Origin: Balanoglossus misakiensis
Lineage: Eukaryota > Animalia > Hemichordata
NCBI GenBank assembly: GCA_040954595.2
Contig: CM082584.2
Coordinates: 6,591,919-6,655,918 of the forward strand
Direction: 5' to 3'
Length of the DNA: 64,000 nucleotides
This document shows, piece by piece, positions 52,852 through 64,000 of the stretch. The translations under genes and the position numbers were made by a program. The notes under the pieces were generated by a model. The model was not told the DNA's origin and ran no database searches. It was given only the letters and a program-made list of their open reading frames with translations. How positions within the stretch are numbered: position 1 is the stretch's first letter; every line of letters begins with the position of its first letter.

Positions 52852-55800
52852 GACTTACTGTTTGACTGTATTGATTATATTATGGGGATGTTTTTTTAAC
52901 TCTGTCCAGGAAAGCCATTGTGTGTCTTGGTCACATGACAAGTTGAGGAACTATCAACCAATCAACACACTGCTTTTACCCCTTGGAAATTAGCATCACA
53001 ATGGCCTGTTGTGTGATGCCTGCTTAACCAATCGCCGACATTTCCCGGCCAAACAGGACCTCCTCCTAGCCAATCAACAGCACTAGCTCACCTACACAAT
53101 GAGTGCACAGCATTTTATTCTGTGACTAAATCATTCAACATCAGCAAACATCCTGTAATTTTCTGCCACGAATTGATACGCATGAAGAATCTAGGCGAAT
53201 AGCAAATCTGTCATCTAGGTCATGCTATACGCAAGCAGTGGTTCCACTTTTTTTATAACTTCTTTAATCATTGACACTGAGAGCTCAGTCCAAAAGAGCA
53301 AAAGTTATCAAGGTTGTGAAATAATTAATGCACCGGTAGTTCACAGATAACTACCGGGGTGCTAGTTCTTATTCTACTCTCAACAGCATACCCTGATGCG
53401 AAGTAACCTGTAAACAATCGATGTCGTCAGTTGTACTCCAAACATAAAAATCAGCTATTTAGTCAAAGTCATGTACTACTTAAAGATCTGGGATTTCAAT
53501 TCTTGTCTAACCTTTGACCTTTAGCAGACAGAATGGCAGAATATGAAGTGTGGTACTATAAATCAATCCATGATTTCTTTTTGCAGATTTTGCAGACAAA
53601 AACCCATAAAAGTGGACCAAACTGCTCCTAGCAGTATTTAATTTACAACATTGCAATGTTAAACTGCCGATAAAAATCACGGTTTTTGCTTCCATGTATG
53701 TTTTTGTCATTTTGGGATATCTATTTTTTATCGTGCAGTCAGCTGATCGGATGATGAGCCCCCTATCAGTACACTTGATACCAGCACATAAAACCACCGG
53801 ACTTGTCAACAAACCTCTGTCACCTATCAATCAAGGTGGGAGATAATGTCGGGACAGCCTGCCATTTAAAAAAAAAAAAACCTCAAGCACCCCACGCTGG
53901 GCGCTCTTTAACGCAGATAATAAACAGTGGTGAACTTTTGGGGTGACCTCAGATGTCCTTTTCTGTGGCCACTTCATTGTGGGCCGTGTTGTTTACGATT
54001 GGCTAAGCTGCGGTCCGCTTGTTTTTTTGACTAAACCGTTCTTTTATGATCGCAGCCATTAAGGCCGTTTCTTTTGTCAACCGGAAGCGCCTAATCAGTG
54101 AGTATGCAAATGAACCCCTCTAGGAGAGAAACAACCTAGATTTCTCCTCTTGTGAATTTAAATGTCCGCGTGCCAAAAAAGTGAAGAAGCTATACTCTTG
54201 TGTTTTACCCTGCTGATAGAGAAGATGGACATGCCTGGTTATTAAACCCAGCAGGATAAAGGGAATCTAAAGCCATTGACAAAATTAAAGAAATAAGAGT
54301 TGTTAAGTGGATGTGTCAGTGGTGAAAAGTAATTACTGTAAGAACCAGCCTTGGTCAAGACATTGGCGTATTTCAAATTTCATCAATTAAACAATGACGC
54401 GTGTTGGAAATCCTTAGTAATGACACAAATTGAAAAGCGTTGCAGACAACAGTCAATAAATATACACTCTGATGACATGTAGGTTGAACTGACACCAGGC
54501 CACACAAAAGTAACGACAATTTAAGATTCAGAGAAATTCATGATGAAGCTGTTGCCACGACTGCATGCACATGCTGCTTCCACGGCAACCATGGGTGCGC
54601 AAACAACCAGTGGTTCAGAGAAATCTGCAGCATCAGATACTTTCAAAGAAAACCTAATCTTTTGAGGAGGTGCATATCTATGCTGGAAGTTGGTAATTGC
54701 CTTAGATGTATAAAATAACATGTAAACATGCAAGCTAAGATTGTTGGGTACATGTATATATTCCTGAAGTCAATGTCCAATCAAATTCAAGAGTAGGCTA
54801 GCTGCCTTGGTCCAATAGAATGTACCGGTACATTTGTAACTGGTGGATGTAGTTGCACAATTAAAATGTCATTCAACTCTCAAAACAATTGAAGTCCCCG
54901 CACTGCCATGTGGAAGATGTTTATTCAAACGATTTCTCTCAAAGATATCCTGTTTACGCCAATCTTCACCTCTTCACACAATACAAATGACCAACACCAT
55001 GAAATCTATATAAGCCGCAAACTGTGTTTTAGTCCAGTGATGATCCCTCTTGAGTCTCTCAAAAAACGAACTCTCTATACAGAAAAGACATCAATCAGTT
55101 TACTCTCTAAACATTACCCACTACAAATGACCACGGAAGACTAAAAATAAATAACTTTGTCAGTTGAAGAGAGATTCGCAATTGGTTACCATGGGGACAA
55201 CCGTGTCAGAAATTGTATATCTTGAAATTTAACACTGAAGTTATGACAGCGATACCAGGGACCACCTAATAGATTATGAGAGTCTGTGAACATCCAATTT
55301 TTAAAATAATGATCAGCATAATAGCCCATTTGGAAACAGAACTTCAGGTTTCTACTCCAAATCTCATTGGGGCGTTTATATACATTTGTATAATAAACGA
55401 CTATCGGTGGAATAAATTGTTCCCCATTAAACCCATCATTGGCGTTTTGCACCGCAAATTCTGGAAAACAGTTTCCGTTCTTGATTCGCGTGTTTATACA
55501 CATGCCAAGATTTGAGTAACATGTATCTCTCGCAGAGTTCGTTTTCCCAGAACACTGACTCATCAAAACACGTTCGCAGAGATATACGCAAATCTGACGG
55601 TGTCTGAGCCACAGAATCCTAGTTTGTCCGTCACTAGCTATTCCCTGTTCTTTCAAATTACTGGTTCTTTATCTACACACCTGGGATGTGCAGTTTGATA
55701 TTTCTGCTTTTATTTTTTGTTTCTTGTCAGAATGCATGTACATGTGATAATGCTGTTTCGGTACAGATACAAGAATCTCTGTTATAACTACCTAGCTGCG

Positions 55801-58800
55801 ATCACATCATGTGTGACCTATTATGAATAGCACAAATGTATGAAGATAAACTATCCATTTGTTGCGACACAGCAGTATCTTCAAGCTATAGCAAGATGAT
55901 AAAGTGTGTTTCAGTACAGCATTTTACTTGGTACTGTATCTAGTATCGTCAAGGTCAAAAAGGTCAAAGTTAGGTACAATAAACTAGTAAATTAAACCAC
56001 TTCTCTCAAACATGGCTGTGGCATTCAAACTTCAATGTCCTAGTATAGCAAAGGATCTGAACTACAGAACAGAACATCAAAATTTTAGATAACAAGTTTG
56101 CTATCTCAGAGGCATTATTTTTGTTTTGTTTTTTATTTTATGTGATGATGTAGTCCTGCATATCGATTTGGAACAATTCATTTCCAAAGCTACACTTTTC
56201 ATTCAGGTAATGTAGAAATATTTACATGACATAATTTAAGGTCAATACCAGAAATTATGACATTATGTCATCAAAAAATTCACATGTTACATGTACGTGT
56301 CCATTGAACGTTCTCTAACTGACAAGTTTCACCAGGGACGCACATGACAGTTATGGTAACCATGATGAATAATGAATAACATTTTAAACAGGGAATATAT
56401 ACATACAATGTATGCAGAGAGACACTCAGTTGGGATAGCACTATTCCGGCTGGTCACGGAATGCTGGGTTTATTCCTTGGTGAGAGTATAAGACTGTTTG
56501 GAAAAAACACGTACAGCTCAGATTTTTCTCACAGCACTCTGCAATTTATACAGCGTCGATCGACGACACTTGAGTCAATCCCCCCAGCTTGATAGCCGAG
56601 GATGAGGAATTATTTCAACTGGAGTGGGAGGACTCTGCTGACAGGATGCTCTAGACCGCATAAATCATGCACAGCAGGCTGCCCATGGCATCCACCACAG
56701 AAATACATGTTTTTTTCTCGAAGTGATTACGTGGAACTGTAGGCGTGTGTTTACACCAATACTCAGAAGCAACCATTAATGCTATACTTCCATGCAAGGC
56801 AAAGAAATGCAGTCTGAATATTTATAAGCTATACAACAAATTTCACGAGTGGCCTTTATGTGTTCAGCTGAATCATACGTTTAACCCGTATCTAAGAACA
56901 GAACCTGTGTCTTTTTAAATGAAAATTACACTGGATCGCTGCCTGCTTTAATAATTTATTATTATTAAAAATTGGTTAATTTTTCAATTACTCAGAAATA
57001 GGCTACTAGGCAAATTATGCATGAAAGATTCCATTATTGGATGACAATGGATTGAAAACGACTGAATGAGTGGAAACTGATGTATGCAAAAGCCTCAGGA
57101 AACATGGATTTGACAAAGAAGTAGTTCTTAAATATCTGGTTACTTTCAGAGTGTATTATCAGTAAAAAGCAAACAATGTTGAAGAGACCACATTCACAAA
57201 ATGCTTAAAAAGACACCGCATTGATTAATAGGTTTATGTTATTAATCCACTTCAAATTCATGCACATTTGTTTGATTTGCTCTTCAGATCCTGATGGAAA
57301 TCCTCCGGTTATAAGAAGCTGTATCAGAAATTTACACTCCAGCAGCTAGATAATATAAGCATGTTTGTCTGGGAACTCAATTGGCCTACAATAATTATTT
57401 GACTGCAACTGCAGTCAGCTGGTGTCTAACAATCACAGTGCACTGATCGCTCATGAGAAAGACCATTTCACGTCATCAATTTCACTGACAAATCAGCGTC
57501 TCATTCAGGCCTCTATCAACTTTTTTTTTCACGTGTATTCATCCATTTCGCATGTACCGGTTGGCAACCACAGCTGTCCTACGCAATTATCTGTCAATTC
57601 ACCAATCTGTCCGTTTTTATAGTCATTCATCCAACTGTATCCATCCAAGCATCCATCAAAACATATGGGCCGTCCATCTAACAGTATAATCCCTCATCCA
57701 ATTTGTACTTGTTTTTTTGTGGGAGGGGGGGGGGGTATAGGGTTGGGTTGGGCGGAGATCTGACAGTTGATCAAATATATTCCAACCAATATGTATTATT
57801 AAAACTGACATATCTATTTGATAAATTCACTCATATGCCAAATATGACTATTTTACTTAACCACCTTTCCTGGTCTAAACAACTATAAGTATAATCCTGA
57901 AACTCTACTAATCTTAGAACATTTCTCACTAGTGTCAGTCAAATTGGTCCCTGATGATCAATCCCATATATCCCATCCGCATACTTCCATCTGTTCCGTC
58001 CATCCATCCATCCATCCATGCACCAACAGCACTTACCCAAAGATTTACCTCTCCATCATGCACCCTCATCCATCCAACAGCCACAGTTGTTTGTCCAAAA
58101 CACCACCGTTCATCCTCCCTGTTTCACACCTATCACTGCTGCATTCAATCGATCCAATTGCAGTCAGCTGTTCCGCCCACCTCACACTGTCACAGTGGAC
58201 TAAATTCCAAATTTAGACTCAAATCCATTAACAATTGAACACACGCTGTCGCCTCGAAAGATAACACAAACAAAGATGTCCGTTTTATCTGTAAATTTCC
58301 ACATAAACCTTCTAGAAATCGCTTCGGATAAAACATACATGTACACACACGCAACCCTCAAGAAATCACTTTGAAAAAGGCAGTCCTTGACATGATGGCT
58401 ATAGGAATGGTCTCCTCATTTTTTGAGTAAAATGCAAAAGGTTAATCTTAATTCAAACCGGTGTTCCACTGGTGGTCAATCGAATTGATAAATGAAGTCA
58501 ACAGTTAATCACTATGCTTGTTTTTAGTGTGTTTTTTTCCTTTGAAAAAAATGCTACTTAAAGACTGAAAAAGATAAACCATTTCTCGTTCTTCATTTTC
58601 AAGACAGCCGACGTACAAAGCCATGACACTGACATATCTTAACGAGGTATTTTCAGCTTAGATGATAGGCAATTATCTGATCATCCTACCTCATTCTGTG
58701 GTTTTCGAGTGATGCGCAAAAACCGAACAATGACAGCAGAGTATGTCAAATGCGTGTAATTGACAAGTGCAAGTGAATACGAGAGCCTGTACACAATTCA

Positions 58801-61332
58801 GCTTATTTCTGACGACAGGGATAGATAACAGCGAATGGATAATTTTTACCATGACCTCAATGAAGAAGGACCTACTGTACGTGAATGTTGGTCATGCACG
58901 ATGACATTGTCGGGACACAGCAGCTAAAAGATGCACACAGATATTCCCCGCGGATTCATCAATTTCAACATCCACACGCAACGCCGGCTCAGCTACGAAT
59001 ATTGACAAACAGACCCGTCTCAGTGTTTTTGAACAAATTTTGTTAAAATTTACGACAGCATCAAACGATGGAATGTTCATTAGAGTCGTATTTCAAGGTG
59101 AATTTGTGAGAATCTAACAATGGTCAAAATAAATTACGAGAGGTTTTTTTTTCCTTTTATGTTGCCGACCGCTATCTATGGGCAATGTGCATATTACAGT
59201 GACAGGCTCACAATGGCAATGCAAAATACGTGCACTGAATCATATACAGCCTGGAGAGTGTCCTCTACGATTGAAGTTCATCCACATCACGCTTCAGATT
59301 ATTAAAGTGAAAAAAACCTGCCAGACTGTAAAAATGCAATATTGGAATATCAATTTCAAAAACCACCACACATACCCCTTGCTTGTATGTTTTTTTCTCT
59401 CTTTCATCCAAAATCTTCGATACACTGACAGCATCACCCATCCAGCCCGACACAGAATTGTCATTCTTTTCTCAATCATTTTCAAATAAACATGTACAAG
59501 CTAGCCTGTAAACGCCATATCCCAACTGATTTACAGGAATTCTCCGGGCCAAAATGCCGATGTTAGATCAACAGACCTCAGGATACCGGGACAGCTAAGG
59601 AATGCATAATCCGTATCTATTTTGTAATCACTGGGAAAGGGCAATTTAGCACTCAAAAAATCAGATCCGAGATCACCACAATTACAGAACCTGGCATATG
59701 GTGCTGGCAGTCAGGTAACCCCCCATGTTTATACAATGTTATCATTTCTTAAGTGCAAAGTCAATGCCAGCATTTATTTAGCACTAATATGCTAGCATTT
59801 CAAAAGCCTCTCTGTTAAACATGATTATATAGGCAGACTCATCTCTAGACTTCATTTGTCAACAAAATTTAACAATAAATGGTTGTTAAAGATGTGTTAG
59901 CTAAAGACAAGCAGAAAACTGGGACTTTATTATTAATAATCATGTGATTGGGAGTATAACAGGCAGTTGTCAGCAGAGAAATACCGAAAGAAAAAAGTCT
60001 ACAACAGTCTCCGTGCTATCAATCTAAGAAGTGAATGACACATGAGCTTTTTAGAATATGATTGATGCTAACTTTAGGGTCTTAGAACCTATATGTTTGG
60101 GAAAAAACACAGCTGTTATATCAGGTACTTCAATTCATAAATTTATATCCTAAAACCGTTATTTATGCTCAAATCAGTCTTGTAGTGATTCAACAAACAA
60201 GTGGGAATAATCAAACCTGGTCACCTGGTCATTAGCTCAGAAAAACAAAGTGATTTGTTTGATAACACATAAATTCCAACTTCCGACATTAAACACAGGC
60301 TGTGTGCACATGGCTAGCACAAAACGAGTATCCTGCAAGAAGTTCGAAGCTCATACATTGCATATGCTGACAAGTATTTCTGTAGGAAACAGTCTTTTAA
60401 AACTAGGTTTGATGAAAATTCTACAAGTATTAATCACAACATGATATGATAGAAACAAATCTAGCGCTACCATGTCCCTCTTAACCTTTGACCCCAGGAA
60501 ACAGACCATTTTGGGGCGACTCACATTCCCTTGGGCAGATAGCTGTATGCTGTTGCCCTCAAAAGCAGTCAATATGTGTATACTGTTCATCACCTAACTT
60601 ATAATTAGCATATTAATGCAATAATCATAGTAAATGAACATTTTGTCAGGAAATTTAAAGATGGAAATAAAAATAATTTATTCCACACTACTCATGGATT
60701 GATGTTCACCTCTAAATGCCTGAAAATATTCAACAAAGAAATAATTTATTAGAAACCTTGTTGCCAAATAAAAAAGATGATAAAAATATTTGACGGTGAA
60801 ATTTTCAAAGGAAAGAGTTTCTGACAGGATACACAGGATTATAACACAGGATTATAACGCACAGGAATAAAATTCAGAATTACTGGCTTGTAATAAAGGT
60901 GAAAGAGTCACCTTGACATTTCAAGTCCATAAAAACCGCACTGGCCATCATCTTTTACAAGCATTTCTTGATAATGTTAACTATCTCACACACAGGCTCC
61001 ATTCAGCTATTCCTTAGCTGTGCGAACGTGCCTCTTTTCATTTTCAGATTATTTGCACACACAGAGAAAACAGCGTCAAAGCCAAAGATGTACATATCAC
61101 ATGCATGATATATTTTTTTTACGACGAAAGGTGAATACACAGAATTCTGATATATTACAGCTCTCCGGCTAGTATTTTCTCCGGCAAATATTTGATGATC
61201 AGCATTTTCCGGAATCAAATATTGACCTGTGCTGACATGACGCCATCTGCATTCGGTGATCTGTGATTTACTGCACTTGACCACCTTACACTTACAGTTA
61301 TGCTTAAGCTCACCTGTGCAAGTTAAGCTACA

Positions 61333-61384
61333 GTTACCATGGAAACTGGAGATCTCACTGTTACCATGGAAACTGGAGATCTAC
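61333..61384. repeat. 27-bp direct duplication (gttaccatggaaactggagatct) x2
   Basis: Read directly from the sequence. Confidence 0.85.
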
Positions 61385-62547
61385 CCAATTTATTAGAATT
61401 TGATTTTCAATTGCTTCACTGGTCACCCCAATTGTTTTCAGTCGTTCATTTGGCCCTCAGTATTTATTTGGGGGTGAATTTCAACCACCGTGGATTATGG
61501 ATAATCCATGTAGTTCCACATTTTGCACATACATGTAACTTCCCTTTGGTTGAACCCTCAGTTTGGCCTCTAACACTGAAAAGGAGGAGGGAACAAGTTT
61601 TAATTGCTTCATCAAATTTGGTATAGCGATCATTAATGACTAATATACATTCAGAAATATATCTGAATGCACATGACAGACTAAATTATTTACACTAGTT
61701 CATGTTTGCATGCAAATCAGCCGCAGATAAAAATCAGAAAATGGGAGGAAAAACCATTGAAATTCAGACATACTGCAGCAACACCTGCCTCATGATCACA
61801 CTTCTTTTTCCATTACGCCTACTTTCCGTCCCAAAGCATACAGGCCGTTAAACCGGAAGACGGTAGTTCACAGCTGCACATGACCATTGTCACGAGCGTG
61901 AGGAGAATGGCCAATCTGGATCGACATCGTGCATCACTTTGACACACACTTGGACCATTAATACGGTACCATTACTTCCTGTGCAATTAACCTGTCGCCA
62001 ACCGCCAACCTCCGAAACCCTGATTGCATCTGATGGTTTTACCTAATGACTGATGCACCTTGTAATCAGCACCTATTTATCTCTATTCATCTTTATAGTG
62101 ATATCCTCCGGAATCATTATCATGGCCATCATCACGATCCACACGCATAATAATACTCCCACATTTCAGCAACACTGTCGTACGTCTGCGTCAAATTACA
62201 TGACCATAAAAGGCATTTATCCTGACGGACAAACAAAATTGTGAACTTTTCTTCAGTTAATTGGTCAAGACTTGCTTCCCGAATGTACGGTACAAACATT
62301 TCAGGTCCATGTTGATCATAATGTTTTGCGTTATTTGAAAGTAACCAATATCTGAGGTTACTTGTTTCACATTATTGCTTTGTGCACTGCAGGACAGAAA
62401 AGAGTCATTAGATTCAGACAGTAAACATTCCACATTAAACTGTGCCGTGTATTTTTGTCGGTGTCTCAGAATTTTTTTTCTATTCGGCCTGCATGGCTCA
62501 GTATTGAATGCAGTATAAAGCATGATTTCTTGAAATCAATTACTACT

Positions 62548-62608
62548 TGTAAAGAACCTTTCAGATAATTAGTCTAAATGTAAGGAACCTTTCAGATAAT
62601 TAGTCTAA
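62548..62608. repeat. 31-bp direct duplication (tgtaa.gaacctttcagataattagtctaa) x2
   Basis: Read directly from the sequence. Confidence 0.85.
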
Positions 62609-63549
62609 TTTTCAAAGCAGCCAGCCTCCCAGCAGTTAATTACCACCCAACCACTCAACAGCCAATTATCAGTAATCTAAAGCTATTTACGGATCAATTG
62701 ACTATTGTAAACAGATAGGAACCTTCATTGGGTTACCTCAGCCCACTGCTCACAGCTGTTCTACAGTAATACTTCACTGGTAACAAATTTTTATTCAACC
62801 TGCAGTAATTTTATGTAAGGTTGTGATTATGCAAGGAGATGCCGTTTTACAGTTGAACATGCATGTCACAGTAGATCGGTCCGAGACTGTCCCCAGGCAA
62901 ATTCACAGCACCACTGAAACATTTTTTTACATTATGCAAACGGTACACTGCCTCCTTCCATTATGCTTTTGTTCTGTGACAATTATTTCTTGAATCTGAG
63001 CAGCACTTTCCCCCTTTATTAAAAAATTCAGTGGTTTGTGAAAATGCACAGTAATAACATGTTGCTGTTTGCAACCCTCTATAAGAACATGCCCCCGTCA
63101 GACATGCAGGACTGTGACAAGCCTATTAAGGGACTCATATTCAATGCAAGCCACAAGACAGGCACATGATGTTACCATGGGTTACATGTTCACAGGGAGA
63201 ATGCAAAATACTCTTTGAAAATATTTCCTGATTTGAAGTCTTCCCCACTTCGTCTGACTCTATGAATTTTCTGTTCTTGGAAACACCATGTGTATGGGAG
63301 CAATTTCACTATCTGACGCAACTATTAAAGGTATCATTTGATATTATAATTTGATTTTTTTTTCCTTCCATCATTGAATTGAGTGTGCATTTTTTGTACT
63401 TGCTCTACACTCTTAGAAAACCCCAAATTTCAGTTTGAATGTCATTCTTCAATATATCTTATCTACTGGTTAACACTGGGTTATGGCATGGCACAGTTCG
63501 AATCTGTCATAAACAATTCATGAAATAAAGTGGAACTCAACAGACTTTT

Positions 63550-63622
63550 ATGCAAATTATTAATGTCACTTGAATATTCATAAAAGATGCAAATTATTAA
63601 TATCAGTTGAATATTCATTAAA
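63550..63622. repeat. ~38-bp direct duplication; each copy starts with the octamer ATGCAAAT
   Basis: atgcaaattattaatgtcacttgaatattcat versus atgcaaattattaatatcagttgaatattcat. Confidence 0.8.
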
Positions 63623-64000
63623 TTTAACTGCTACTTGACAAATCTTACTCGGCCTGAATGCTAAATTATAAATTTCTATGCAATAAACGACAGATGCAAT
63701 TGAAAACTTCGTTCCCAAAATTGCATTTACGTCAAGAGGGGCTGTCAATCATCACTGTTCATAAATGTGTCGTATGAATTTGATCTTCCACGCTGCACGC
63801 AATGATATCAAAATCTGTTTCCATGGTAACGTGTACCACCCTCAATTTCAGGAAGAATGCCAAGAACAGAGAAACAAATAAATTGTTTTTTTTTTTCGCA
63901 AACTGATCCGAATTAACATATTTTTGTCAAAATCACTAGACCTGGTCTTAATTTAAAAAAACATCAAAAATAAATTAATGTTCTATATTCATGAAAATTC

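Noticed and set aside
51100-64000. Second protein-coding gene or IgI exon upstream
   Set aside because: The short ORFs have no recognisable domains or coherent exon chain, so the region is treated as intron or intergenic. Small exons could be missed by eye.

Overview
Eukaryotic (animal) genomic DNA with two parts. (1) Positions 1-13,826 are a head-to-tail 88-bp AT-rich satellite of about 153 near-identical monomers, open at the left edge. It has internal multi-monomer duplications and ends in about 4 monomers of a diverged, strongly palindromic 88-bp sister family. (2) The rest holds one minus-strand fibroblast growth factor receptor gene, reconstructed by hand from GT-AG splice sites and exon phases. 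It has 14 core coding exons (ATG at 51,056, TGA ending at 18,832; 2,229 nt, 742 aa) encoding signal peptide, acid box, IgII, IgIII, TM, tyrosine kinase and a C-tail ending ESTV. A 93-nt symmetric exon inside IgIII would make it 773 aa. No IgI exon was seen. A likely ~4.9-kb 3'UTR ends about 75 bp from the satellite. The introns carry several MITE/foldback elements and microsatellites. The 5'-most non-coding exon(s) could not be located. Vertebrate-like intron positions with a divergent ectodomain suggest an invertebrate deuterostome (inference only). Most ORFs in the supplied track are spurious.
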